A stretch of 64,000 nt of DNA, taken from assembly GCF_006345805.1 (NCBI RefSeq), contig NC_043003.1, positions 72,044,001 through 72,108,000 of the forward strand, read 5' to 3'. The translations under genes were made by a program, and so were the position numbers. Under the pieces are notes generated by a model. That model was not told where the DNA came from. It was given only the letters and a program-made list of their open reading frames with translations, and did not search any database. How positions within the stretch are numbered: the stretch's first letter is position 1; each line of letters opens with the position of its first letter. Of the stretch, positions 50,472 to 63,269 are shown one piece after another. Source of the DNA: Octopus sinensis (lineage: Eukaryota).

Positions 50472-51586
50472 TCAAAGACATATCTCTCCCCCCCTCTCTC
50501 TCTCTCTCGTGTTGCTTATGTATGTTGGTTTTCTAAATATGCTGCTTTAATGGTATCCTCCAAGTCTTTGGTTACAATATATCTGTTGCCTTCGTTATTC
50601 TGCCTGGTTATCCGTTTGTTCTTGATACATCCCAGTTCTCTCTGTATATTCTGCCCCACACCTATCAACCCTTCCACTTTCAGGATGGTCTATGATACCT
50701 AAACTCAATCTTTTTCACGGAACCCACCATGTAGCATCATGCCCCTACTGATGTTAAACACAGTCTGCATTTTGCAGTATAACTTCACTACCAAATTCCT
50801 GTAAGTTATGTGGTAAACCAAGTCAGACTTATAACAACTTATTAGCTCTCTTTTCCATTCATTCGCTCTTGTTAACAGAATTTCATGCATTGGAGTAGGC
50901 ATAAGAACTTCGTCAAAAGGACTTGCCAATAACATAACACCGTAAACTTAACTGCCAAAATGTTGCTTTAAACAGTAAATTTGACGAGATAACCTCTTAA
51001 AACTCCCTGACAAACTGCATTTGAGAGTAGCATTTAATCTCTGTCACAAATTGGCTTCAATCTCAATACATCTCTTGGGATCAGTTAAGAGTACTCTATG
51101 GGCACAAATATATTGATTGCCAGTCCCCTGATCGATTAAAATTAACTACTAGACAGGTTAACTTACCGCACCAACTTTTAGCTTTTTATCGCAGGCAGAA
51201 GTCAGAGGTCCAAGTGCCTTTCGATATTCTTTCCCTCTGAACAATTTTTTTGCATTTCTCAATATATGTCAGGGAGCCTAGGCTGGTTGTTTCTCCTACA
51301 AGCTATGATAGCCAAAATTCCACCAAGTTACACATCGATAGGTTAGCTCCAGCTGAAATGCCTCTATTCATAGGTTCGCCCAATTAAGTACAATACAATA
51401 GAAACTCTATAACCATTACTGAGAGGAATACATGGTCGATCATCATTATTATGCCTATCTGCAGTGTCTGACGATTAGTCGAGATTACTTTGCTATTAAG
51501 CTGTATGAATAGTGGCACACGGTATCGTATAAGACTTTCCTTCACACACACACACACACACACTCACACACACACACACACACACA

Positions 51587-51617
<31 letters not shown>

Positions 51618-51639
51618 TTCTCTCTGAAATATTCACATT

Positions 51640-52075
51640 CTTTTATTCTTTTATTTTCTTACTTGTTTCAGCTATCAGACTGCGTTAATGCTGGGGCACC
51701 GCATTGAAGAAATTTTCTTAGTCAAATGAATCGATCCCAGAACTTTTCTAAGACTGAAACACTCTATTGGTCTCCTGTGGGACGTCCAAGATACATAGAT
51801 AGATGGTCTCTTTCGCCGAACCGCTAGTCATTGGGACGTAATAAATAAACATCGATTGTGAAGCAGTGGTGGGGGACAAACACACACCCACAAACACTCA
51901 CGCAGATATAGGAAAGGCTTCTTTCAGTTTCCGTCTATCAAATCCACTTACAAAGGTCTGGTCGGCTCGAGGCTACAATAAAAGACACTTTCTCAAGGGG
52001 CCACGCAGTGGGAATGAACACGGAACCGTGTAGTTGAAAGGCAAGTTTCTTACCACACAGCCACGCCTGCGCCTA
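51640..52075 (-). mobile_element. GGAGTGGCTGTGTGG-family SINE, diverged full-length copy
   Basis: Head GGCGCAGGCGTGGCTGTGTGGTAAG at about 52072 and tail ..CTGAAACAAGTA at about 51660 on the minus strand. Confidence 0.8.
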
Positions 52076-52109
52076 TATACATAATAGAAATAAAACATAA
52101 TTCCAGAAA

Positions 52110-52300
52110 TTTCAGTGGGGGCAGGTTAGCCGAAGGAATTCGACCTAGTATTTAAGCGGTACTTAATTTTTGTCGACTTCAGAAACATGAAAGGCAAAGT
52201 TGACCTCGGTTTGGATTTGAACTTGGAACGTAAAGAACCGTAACTAAATACTAAATACTGTTAGGCATTTAATCCAATGCTCTAACGATTCTATCATCCC
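52110..52300 (-). mobile_element. GGCGAGCTGGCAGAA-family SINE, diverged
   Basis: Reverse complement of GAATCGTTAGAGC...CCGAGGTCAACTTTGCCTTTCAT. Confidence 0.7.
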
Positions 52301-52318
52301 ACTACCTCGCTCACTTAC

Positions 52319-52368
<50 letters not shown>

Positions 52369-52770
52369 ACATACAGACAGACAGACAGACAGACTGACAG
52401 AGTGGGAAAGTGACAAAATAGGATGGAGAAGTAGAAAGAGAGAAAAAAAGAGAAAGGGAGATTGAGAAATAGATTAATAATTTAAGAGAAATTATGAGAA
52501 ACAAGCTGGAAGTTTTTGACACCCTATCATGAGGGCATATAGCTTTTATCGTGTGTGTGGTGGTGTATATATATATATATATATATATATATGTCATGTG
52601 TGTGTACATACATACATACATACATATATATATAATAATAATAATGATAATAATAATAATAATAATAATAATGGATATAAATACACACAAACACATGCTC
52701 GCACATATTTTATATACATATATTTTAGTATGTTTGTATGTTTGAATGAATTTATGTACACCACCCAGAG

Positions 52771-52818
<48 letters not shown>

Positions 52819-52926
52819 ATGCGTGTGTGTGTGTGTGTGTATGCGTGCATGCACGCCGAGAAAAGTAAAAGGAAAGCGAAAATAAGGGGCATATAGAACG
52901 AGAAAGAAAGAGAGAGAGAATGTGTA

Positions 52927-52970
<44 letters not shown>

Positions 52971-53179
52971 GCAAACGGAGAGAAAGAGAGGAGAGGGGAG
53001 AGAGAGAGAGAGAATGACAGAGAATGAGAGAAAGAAAGGGAGTAGTATAACAACCAGCAAGACAGAAGAAAACAGTTTGTGATTGGAAGATTTAGAGGGT
53101 AGGGAAAACCCAGTGAGAAAGCGGGTGTGTGTTTCTGTGTATGCGTGAGTGTGCGTAGGAATGAAGTGGTGAGGAAGGC

Positions 53180-53443
53180 GAGATAGAAAGAAAGAGAGAT
53201 TTAATGGAGGAGAGATTTAAAAAGTGAACGAAATGGAAACAAACACGAAGAGAGGAAGAAGGAGGGGACAGAGAAGGAGGGCAGAGAGATATAGAGAGAG
53301 AGAGAGGGAGAGAGAGAGGGAGCGGGGAGGGAGAGAAGGAAGGCGGGAAAGAAGAGGATAAGGAAAGGCGAGGGGAAAGAGAGGAGAAAGAGGCAGAGGG
53401 GGTACGGTACGAAAGAGAGGGTGAGGGGAGAAGTGAGAGAAAG

Positions 53444-53483
<40 letters not shown>

Positions 53484-53525
53484 CGCGGGAGAGAAGCGAG
53501 GGGGAGAGGAGAGAGAGAGAGAGCA
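53180..53525. repeat. Long purine-rich (GA) tract upstream of the candidate exon
   Basis: Nearly pyrimidine-free + strand interrupted by one (TA)n run. Confidence 0.9.
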
Positions 53526-53789
53526 AAATAAAAAAAAATCGAAAAATAGCCTAAGAAAAAGAAATATCCACAAACTACTATATCAACACCCACACAACAC
53601 CCACATCACAATAACATTAACAACACGCACGCATACACACGCATACACACACACACACATGCATGTATCTGTGCATATATATTTATATATATGGGTGTAT
53701 ATATACATATATATACATACATACATGCATACATACATACCTATATATATATATATATACACACATATATATATATATGTATACATATA

Positions 53790-53830
53790 TATATATATGC
53801 TGAAAAAGTGGGGTTTTGTGAAATTCAGTT
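53790..53830 (+). promoter_or_regulatory. Possible core promoter (TA-repeat TATA-like + TCAGTT Inr), or alternatively a splice acceptor
   Basis: TCAGTT at 53825-30 with a (TA)n run ending about 30 bp upstream; the same bases also read as TTCAG| acceptor. Confidence 0.3.
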
Positions 53831-53899
53831 GAGTTGAAAGCAACAAGACGAGGAGAAAGTTAAAGTGGATGCGTTTAGTTGGCGTGAAAACTGCTAGCC

Positions 53900-53954
53900 A
53901 TGGCCACCTCGTGGATATTTCTGCTTCTTGGATTGTCTTTTACATTTACTACAG
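53900..53954 (+). CDS. Candidate first coding exon of a secreted/membrane protein (signal peptide MATSWIFLLLGLSFTFTT-G)
   Basis: Kozak GCCATGG, 18 hydrophobic-core codons + 1 nt, consensus donor AG/GTAAGT (phase 1), non-repetitive island between microsatellites; no downstream exon identified. Confidence 0.6.
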
Positions 53955-54044
53955 GTAAGTTCTGTATGCATATATATATACACATTTTTGTACATGCATA
54001 TATATATACATTATGTATGCGTATATTATATATATATATATCTA

Positions 54045-54090
<46 letters not shown>

Positions 54091-54614
54091 TAGGTGTATA
54101 CATACAAACACACGCACGTACACTTTATGTAATCATATACACACTCATGTACATATATATACATACAGCTATATATATACATACACACATGCATCGACTC
54201 CCGCGCACACTGCAGCTAGTCACTAAATTAATGCAGTTTCATTTAACCGCTCCGTTCATTATAACGATGATATTCTCTTATATTTTTCGTACGAAATACG
54301 TACAATGTTTTGTTTATATATGCATACACGCTTACACATCTGTGTGGTGTTTGTGTGTGTGTGTATAGTATTTCTATATAGATATATTCATATACACGTG
54401 AATATCTGGATACATGTGTTTATATTCCTTATTCTTGCATATATATATATATATACAAGCATGTGTGTGAGTGTAGTATTTTGTTTTTGTTGTCCGCGTT
54501 TTAACATCGAAGATAACCATGTTATCTATATGCTATATGTACATATATTCTTATACATACGTATATATATGCATGGCATGCATATACACATGCATATATA
54601 TATATATATATTCT

Positions 54615-54830
54615 TTTCTTTTACTTGCTTCAGTCATTGAACTGCGGCTATGCCGGTGCACCACCTTCAAGGATCTTAGTCGAATGAATCGACTCCCAGG
54701 ACCTATTTATTTCTTAAAGCCTGGTAGTATCTGTCGCGTTTCCCGAACTGCAAACTTTACGGGGACGTAAACACACGAACACCGGTTCTCAAACGGTGGC
54801 GGTGACAAATACAGACACAAAGATACACAT
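54615..54830 (-). mobile_element. 3' half of GGAGTGGCTGTGTGG-family SINE
   Basis: TTACTTGCTTCAGTCATTGAACTGCGGCTATGC..GGGGACGTAAACACAC read directly. Confidence 0.8.
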
Positions 54831-54851
54831 GTGTATGTGTATGTATGTATG

Positions 54852-54889
<38 letters not shown>

Positions 54890-55151
54890 GCAATGCTATG
54901 AACAATAACTGCGTCGACAGCAAGGTGTATGAACTTTACACAGAGCTGCACATTGCAGAAGAATTTTCCAGGTGTAGGGATAACGACGTACCAGTTATAC
55001 ATGTATGTGTGTGTGTGGTGTTTGTGTTTGTGTGTGTGTATTCGTGTGTGTGCTGTGTGCATATAATACTATGCATATATGTGTATGTGTGTGAATATAT
55101 ATATATCTGTATATATATATATTTACATCTCTCTCTCTCTCTCTCTCTCCC

Positions 55152-55189
<38 letters not shown>

Positions 55190-55852
55190 ATAATGATGTG
55201 TATATGGTATATATTTATATATGTATATAAACAAACTTTCTGAGTATCAGTCTTTTTATCTGTATATGTAGTATACATACATTCATACATGCGTTCACAC
55301 ATACACATACGTATAGAATTTATACACATTAGCGCCGTCTTAACAGCATTATAGACCTCCTGGCAAATAAATGAACTGGGCCCCTTGGTATTTATCTATT
55401 GACAGCAACCCACAACATACGTAGGTCATAATTGGTTACCTAGACCCGTGAAGCCTACGGACGTTTGCCAAGTGCGTATGCTTTAAGGCAGGCTGGGCAT
55501 GTTCGTGTGTTTACGTTATTCGCTCTGCAAATGTTGGTCGCAGATCGAATCATACTACCGGGTTTCTTGAGCAAATATTTTATTTTACAGGACCAAGATT
55601 TAAATTGTAAACTATGGTGGAAGTCTATCAGCTGGACTAAACCTGTAATTAAATGGTACGACCTTCTCACGCTGATTCTGCATGTCAATCAAGTTAAGGT
55701 TACACGCATCTGCAGAATACTCAACCATTTACATGCGAATCCTATGAGCAGATACTTTAGTTGATCGTAAAGTGAATACTCATCGAAAATACCGACGGAG
55801 AACCATGGCTATTTTATATATATATATATATATATCTTATATATTATATAGG

Positions 55853-56248
55853 GGCAGGAGTGGTTGTGTATAGGTGCAAAAGTGGCTGTGTGTAAGAAGT
55901 TTACTTCCCGGCCACATGGTTCCTGGTTCAATCCCACTGCGTGATGCCCTTGGCAAGTGTCTTCTTCTATAGCCTCGGGTCGACCAAAATCCTTGTGAGT
56001 GGATTTGGTAGACAGAAACTGAAAGAAGCCCGTCGTATATGTATATATCTACGTGTGCCTCTGTGTTTGTGTTTGTCCCGCACCACCGCTTGTGTTGGTG
56101 AGTTTACGTCCCTGTAACTTAGCGATTCGGTAAAAGACACCGATAAAATAGTACCAGGTTTTGAAATGTACTGGGACCGATTCATTCGACTAAAACTCGC
56201 CAAAGCGGTGCTCCAGCATAGCCGCAGTCTGAGTGAAACAAGGAAAAG
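55853..56248 (+). mobile_element. Full-length GGAGTGGCTGTGTGG-family SINE
   Basis: Partly duplicated head, core TATAGCCTCGGGTCGACC, tail CAGCATAGCCGCAGTCTGAGTGAAACAAG. Confidence 0.85.
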
Positions 56249-57895
56249 ATTAAATAAATAAATACATGTGTGTGTGTGTGATTGTGAGTGTGCGCGTGGC
56301 TGGTGCTGCGTGCAGTGTGTTTAAGATATTCGCTTTACAAGTAATCATGTGGTCTTGGGTTCAATCACAGTGTACGGCATTTTCGATTGCTTTGTGAGTG
56401 ACGGAGATCTACATCGAGTCCTTAAACTTGAATTTTAATTTTCCTACCATTATATGGTCAAGCCCCAAGGTATTGTCACTGAAACTGGGGTGGCGGCACC
56501 TGTTGACTCCCCAGATGGAGAATAGATATAATTCGATGTGCCATTCTTCCAGCACACAATGCCATATCGATCGATTCTAGCTAAGTATTATGTTAAGCGT
56601 TCAGTCATCTGTGGAGTTCTCAGCCATATATGAATGTACCTTTAATTAACCTCGACACAGACAGTGTCACTTTGATTCTGCCTGTGGATTGCGTTAATGG
56701 TACAATTGCACTTGGAATACTCGTCCTTTAACACACACACACACCACACACACACACACACAAACAAACACTCAGTCACACACACAAACACTCACATACA
56801 CACTCACACACATACACGCGTACACACATACGCAAGGGCGCCCCCCACCCCACATACTCAATCAGAATCAGATAAACAGGTGCCACTGTAAACATGCGAG
56901 TCCACTCGATCTTACAATGATGAATGAATCATGTTAAATTTCTTCCAACCACTTGATTTTTATCAAAATTTCAGCAGATTATTTTTTTTAAATGTACTTT
57001 TGAAGACGCAAATGACTTTCACTGTTTTTTTTTTCTAGAAATTAATAATAAAGACTATGCAAGTATTTAAAGTTATGTAATTGTGGCCAATAGCATGTCT
57101 TTGCTGATCTCTATTGCCATGGAGATCATCACATGCAAAACCCTTACGTGGCTTCTCAGTCTCCTAGAAATAGCTGCCAAATCTTCCTTAAACTACAACA
57201 TAAAAGTGACGTGTTGCAGCTCTTTTTATTTCCTCACCTGATGCATACCCAGGTGGTTTTCACTTGTTGAATGTTATTGATAACATTTAATTGAAAGTCA
57301 GTCTCCACGACTGTAACCTTTTTTCGAACTCCCAGCTCACGAAACACCGGGCATAACTGATCGATATTATATGTTCGTTCTTTTTCTTATGATAAAATTA
57401 GGATCTTTTCTAAAAGATGGACAGAATTTCTACTTAACTAAATAACTTGAAACCTCGTATACTGGTAGAATGTGTCAAAAGAAAACATTAATTTCAATTA
57501 GTTAGATCCAATTATAAACAATGTTTGGTGGTGAAGAGATATTTGTTTACCATCGTTTTCTTATAATCATTTCTTTCTCCAACGCCAAACTTTGTTGTAA
57601 ACAAAGTAAATGAAATAATCTGGTGAAAATTTAACAATTGAAAATTACACACCCTACCCCTATTCGAAAGAAGTAGCTACCGGTTTCCATTCTCACACCG
57701 AACCAACCCGTTTTCTTTTACACGTTCCTTTCTTTCTTTCTTTCTTTCTTTCTTTTACTCTGTCGTTGAAACTGTGTACCTCTCACTCTCAAAATCTCGT
57801 CTCTATTCGCTGGAATGTGGAAACAGGTCTTTAGCGTTGGTAACAAAAAAACAACAACAGCAACAACTACAATTGTATCAATAGAGGCAATAATA

Positions 57896-58123
57896 TATTT
57901 CTTTACTGCCCACAAGGGGCTAAACATAGAGGGGACAAACAAGGACAGACAAAGGGATTAAGCCGATTACATCGACCCCAGTTAGAAACTGGTACTTTAT
58001 TTATCGACCCCGAAAGAATGAAAGGCAAAGTCGACCTCGGCGGAATTTGAACTCAAAACGTAACGACAGACGAAATACGCATTTCGCCCGGCGTGCTAAC
58101 GTTTCTGCCAGCTCGCTGCCTCG
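57896..58123 (-). mobile_element. Monomeric SINE with Tx1-type tail and 15-bp TSD
   Basis: Tail GCCCCTTGTGGGCAGTAAAGAAATA; ATAGAGGCAATAATA at 57881-57895 and 58124-58138. Confidence 0.9.
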
Positions 58124-58221
58124 ATAGAGGCAATAATAGCCACACCGAAACCATAAGAACGATATTAACAGCAGTAATAGCAGTAACAATTGCAGTAACA
58201 ACAACAACAGCACACAATAAC

Positions 58222-58620
58222 AGAAATAATGGTTTCAAATTTTGGCACAAGGCCAGCAATTCTGGAGTGGGTGATAAATCGATTACATCGACCCCCGTGC
58301 TCAACTGCTACTTATTTTATCGACTCCGAAAAGAAGAAAAGTAAATTTCACGGCAGAATTTCAACTCAGAACGTAGCAGCAGACGAAATACCTATTTCTT
58401 TATTACCCACAAGGGGCTAAACACAGAGCGGACAAACAAGGACAGACATAGGTATTAAGTCGATTACATCGACTCCAGTGGGTAACTGGTACTTAATTTA
58501 TCGACCCCGAAAGGATGAAAGGCGAAGTCGACCTCGGCGGAATTTGAACTCAGAACGTAACGCAGACGAAATACCGCTAAGCATTTCCCCGGCTTGCTAA
58601 CGTTTCTGCCAGCTCGCCGC
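58222..58620 (-). mobile_element. Second composite/dimeric SINE
   Basis: Tx1-type-tailed unit joined at AAAGAAATA|GGTATTTCGTCTGC (58393/58392) to a head-less unit ending CCAAAATTTGAAACCATTATT. Confidence 0.85.
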
Positions 58621-58964
58621 CTTAATAACAGTAGTAATAACAACAACAGCAGCAGCAGCAGCAGCAGAACAAGAGTGGCAATAACGCAGATATGCTACGT
58701 TCCTTTTCTACTTTCTGAACCAGTTTCTCTATCTGCCGGTGTGGAGAGAATATCGTTTAACATGTGGTTAACCTGGCAGATGACGGCAAAAAAAAAAACA
58801 TGAGGAAATGGGTTCACCCTAACCATATTAAACTTTATTTCGTGTCGCCACCCCACTCCCCCATCTTCGACTCATTGTTATACCAGAATTTGAACTCAGT
58901 ATTACTAAAGGGCCCAACCCAATTGTGCCACTCTCCACTATCATCCTCACCGTTAAGTATAAGT

Positions 58965-59002
<38 letters not shown>

Positions 59003-59701
59003 TCTTCTTCTTCTTCTTCTTCTTCACCGCTGACTGCTGCTACTGTTAGCTGTTGCTGCTGCTGCTACTGACAGTATGTAAAAATCAACAAGGAGGTAAA
59101 TGTTATGTTTTCCTAGAGTGATTCAATTATCGACCAGTGGTTTGTTGGTTTTCGCAGTTATTTTTCGATACAGTTAGTTTAGTTTAATCTAGCTTAATTA
59201 CCTACCTACCTACCTACCTACCTACCAACCTACCTAGTTAGCTGGTTCGGAAAAGAAAAAGCGAGAGATTGAACCGACCCCTTTATCGTTAGATCTCCTA
59301 GGCTGGTGCGATCGCTGCACTTACTGTTCGTCAGGGATTTTTCAAATCTGAGACAATTGCCCGAAATGTCACGCAGAGGGACTGATCTCGGAACCATGTA
59401 GTTAGGAAGCAACTTTCGTATCACACAGCTTCGCCTGCGCCTGTATACGGGTGTATGCATTCATACACACACACACACATACAAATATATATATATACAC
59501 GTGTGCATGTGTGTGTGTGTGTGTAGTCAATTCAAATAAACATTAAAAAAATTGATAAAAAACGGAAAAAAGAAGAAAAGGCACGAACTTGAGGATGTAC
59601 ACAAGAAGTATATTAGCTTGATGCTCGGTGAGAGGAGAGAGTTTAACGTTTCGAGCACAGCTGTTCATCGGAAAGGAGAAATGGAGAAGTCCAAAGAAGG
59701 A

Positions 59702-59818
<117 letters not shown>

Positions 59819-59865
59819 TATGTGTGTATGTATGTATGTATGTATGTATGTATGTATGTATGTAT

Positions 59866-60459
59866 AGAAATGTTGAACTGCCAGCCTTTCAGCTTGGTGA
59901 TCAGATGAAAATATGTTCACCCTGTCCAATCCTTCTCTTGAAACTAAGGAATGTATTGATGTTAAAATAATGAAGCGTTCCGAAAACGCATATTTTGCTT
60001 TGTATTGAATGAATACGTAACTAAAATACTGCAAAGTGTCCTATGAATTTGATTGGCTTCCTCTCTATTTCACGTAGGTTTCTGCTGCAATAATGTAACG
60101 CGAAAATATATTACAATGCGTGTGTTGTGTGTGTGTGTGTGGTGTGTGTGTGTGTGTGTATGTGTGTATGTGTGTATGTGTGTATGTATGTATGTATGTA
60201 TGTATAGAAATGTTGAACTGCCAGCCTTTCAGCTTGGTGATCAGATGAAAATATGTTCACCTGTCCAATCCTTCTCTTGAAACTAAGGAATGTATTGATG
60301 TTAAAATAAAGAAGCGTTCCGAAAACGCATATTTTGCTTTGTATTGAATGAATACGTAACTAAAATACTGCAAAGTGTCCTATGAATTTGATTGGCTTCC
60401 TCTCTATTTCACGTAGGTTTCTGCTGCAATAATGTAACGCGAAATTATATTACAATGCG
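59866..60459. repeat. Recent tandem duplication (about 255-bp unique unit, period 340) bounded by microsatellites
   Basis: 59866-60120 vs 60206-60459 differ at about 3 positions. Confidence 0.92.
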
Positions 60460-61000
60460 TGTGTGTGTGTGTGTGTGTGTGAAAGCTTAATCTCGGCACT
60501 TCGAAAATTGATGATATGAAAATGTACAGAAAACTAGGTTTCTCTATTTAGTTACGTCCCCTTATGTTTTGTGTTCAAATTCCTCTGAGTTCAATTTTGT
60601 CTTCCATCCATCTGAAGGATGCTAAAAATCAACACTAGGCTAGTATTGTGATATTCAATAACAACCTATTACGTTCCGAATTCAAATCCGGCCAAGGTCA
60701 ACTTTCAACGATTATTCCGGAGTCCATAGAAATATGTTCCCATCAATTGCAGTCCCCCTGCCAAAATCTGTGACCTTGAGTCATCTTAATAACACTTATC
60801 GTTGCCATTAGTCATAACAACCACTCTTTACTTTCCAGCACCCTTCCTCTGTGTCAAACATTTTTTTACTTTCTCAGCCTACTTTCTCATTCAACCAATT
60901 ACACACTCGCTCACCTTCTAATACATGCGTGTATGTGTATATATGTGCGTGCTTGTGTGTATGCACGTTTATATTTATACAAATATGTGTGTGTGTGTGC

Positions 61001-61053
<53 letters not shown>

Positions 61054-61512
61054 GTATGTATGTGTGTGTGTATGTATGTATGTATGTATGTATGTATGTA
61101 TGTATGTATAGAGTTACTTGCAGGTATATAGTTGGGCTATATAGTGTATATATGTGAATCTGTACGTACGGCTTATGGGTTTACTCTGGTGTGAATTGAA
61201 ATTAAGCCAAAAATGAATTCAATGTTGCGTAAGCAGTTGTAGAAGAACATTAAATATTTAGAGCTGAGAGCGTGAGAGTTTGTCACAGAAACAATGTTAG
61301 ACATGGCTTTGTGGTTAGAAGTTCGTTTCACATTCAAATGGTTTTTTCGTTTCGATCCCATTGAATCGTATCTTGTGCAAATGTTTGCTAACATAATGTG
61401 GCTTTGACCAATGGCTTGTCAGGGAAATTTGGAGTTGGCAGAAATTGTGCAAAGGTCCGTATGTACATAAACATACTTATATGCATACATGCGTACCTAC
61501 ATACATACATAT

Positions 61513-61547
<35 letters not shown>

Positions 61548-61649
61548 ACACACACACACAGAGGCACACAGATACGCACACAAACACACACATATATGTA
61601 TATATGTAAGTATTATGTATGTATGTAAGTATGTATGTATAAATATGTA

Positions 61650-61795
61650 GCTATGTGGTAAGAAGCTTGTTTCTCAACCACATGATTCGGGGTTCAGTCC
61701 TATTTTATGGCATCTTGGGCAAGTGTTATTCAGGCCGACCTAAGCCTTGTGAGTGCATTGGGTAGACGGAAACTGACAGGAAACCGCCGTATATG
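61650..61795 (+). mobile_element. 5' half of GGAGTGGCTGTGTGG-family SINE
   Basis: GCTATGTGGTAAGAAGCTTG..GTAGACGGAAACTGACAGGAAACCGCCGT. Confidence 0.75.
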
Positions 61796-61813
61796 TGTCT
61801 ATAATATGTGTGT

Positions 61814-61861
<48 letters not shown>

Positions 61862-61984
61862 CCTCTCCACCAATGCGGTATTGAGTACGAATTCTCATCG
61901 GTCGACATTTACGTATATATGCTTGTTACAGCAACCTATCTCGTCGTATTCTGGTAACCAATGTATACATATACATACATACGT

Positions 61985-63235
61985 ACGGTGTGTTCGGGCT
62001 CATTTAGCGGCATTTTGTGTCTCCAATCTTTTTAGAAACAACTTTATGTATTGGTAAACACTCAACGCCATTGGAAGAAAGCATGACAATTAAAGTTGTA
62101 GTTCAGAAACAATTTAACTTACATGGAAGACTGAAGCCATCTGAATATGGGGAAAGAGTTACTTGTACCATAGTGATTCGCACCGGGTATCATGCCAACA
62201 TCATGTCTGCTGCTGAATGCTCTGTGAACACTGTAAAGGCTGCAAGACGTGATATGAACAGCTGTAACGGGGACTAAAAAGCCGTGGCCAGCAAGAAGAG
62301 ACTCAACACGCGTTCTGACTGCGTCTGCATGACGGAATTCAGATAACAACGGTAGGTAATAGAGGATCTGAGCAAAGGGATCCGGGCGTTGGCGAGAGAG
62401 ATGGGTGTTAGAGTCACCTCTATGAAGCTGGCCCTGAATGAGGACCTTCGCTACCACTTGTATAAGAGGCCCAAGGGAGAAATTATGACAACCAAGGCAA
62501 AGGAAAAACGCCCTGAGGAAGGCAGAGAGGCTCCTGTACAAGTTGAGGCATTCTTCTGAGCCGGGGTTAATCTGGCTTTCCTCAGATGAAAAGAACTGCC
62601 GGGATCAGGTGTTCAACACCCAGAACAACTGGTGGCTTGCCTACAACCCATGTGACATCTCATATATTTTGCAAACCAAATTCCTCCAAGCTGTGACGGT
62701 CTTTGGGTGTGTCTCCAGTATGAGTGACGTCATGCCACCCCACATCTTAGATTTAGACGGTTATGTAAAACCGCTAGAGTCTGTGGTCAAACCGTGGCTG
62801 GAGAAGGTTGCTGCTGGAAGGGCATATGTGTGGAGGAAGCATTCGGCTTCTTACCATACCTCCGGAGAGAGTCCGAAATGGTCGCTGGAGAATTTCTACA
62901 ACTTTACCAGCCCCAATTTCTGACCTCCATTGTAACTCCATGGATTAATATGTGTGGGACGCGGATAAGAAAGATACCAATCACTCTATCTGCAACAATA
63001 AGACCGAGCTGGTCACCAAATATCTTCCCAGGAACAAAGCGAGAAACTCATACGCCAGGTTCCAGGGTTAACTCGAAGCTGTGATAGAAGGTGAGGGCAG
63101 CTATGTTGAGTAAACTGTTATATCCCAGCCATAATCTAGTTGGAATTTTTTGATCTTTTAAAATACTTTTATTTTTGGATGGGATGTTGTATTTTCTTTT
63201 CCGTTTATGCAAACTGTCAAATTGAACCTTAATAC
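61985..63235 (+). mobile_element. Near full-length decayed Tc1/mariner-superfamily transposon (maT/DD37D-like)
   Basis: SSDEKN..NNWWLA..TVFGCVSS..DVMPPHI..VVKPWLEKVAAGRAYVWRKHSASYHTS..WSLENFYNFTSPNF; second catalytic D lost, stops and frameshifts; same lineage as 8405-9310; ends approximate. Confidence 0.85.
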
Positions 63236-63269
63236 CTTGTTTGCATATATAAACATAAGTAGGTTTCTG

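Noticed and set aside
55575-55612. Strong splice acceptor TATTTTATTTTACAG/G downstream of the candidate exon
   Set aside because: Joining in phase 1 gives ...TTGPRFKL* (24 aa total), implausible as a secreted product; no good donor before the stop.
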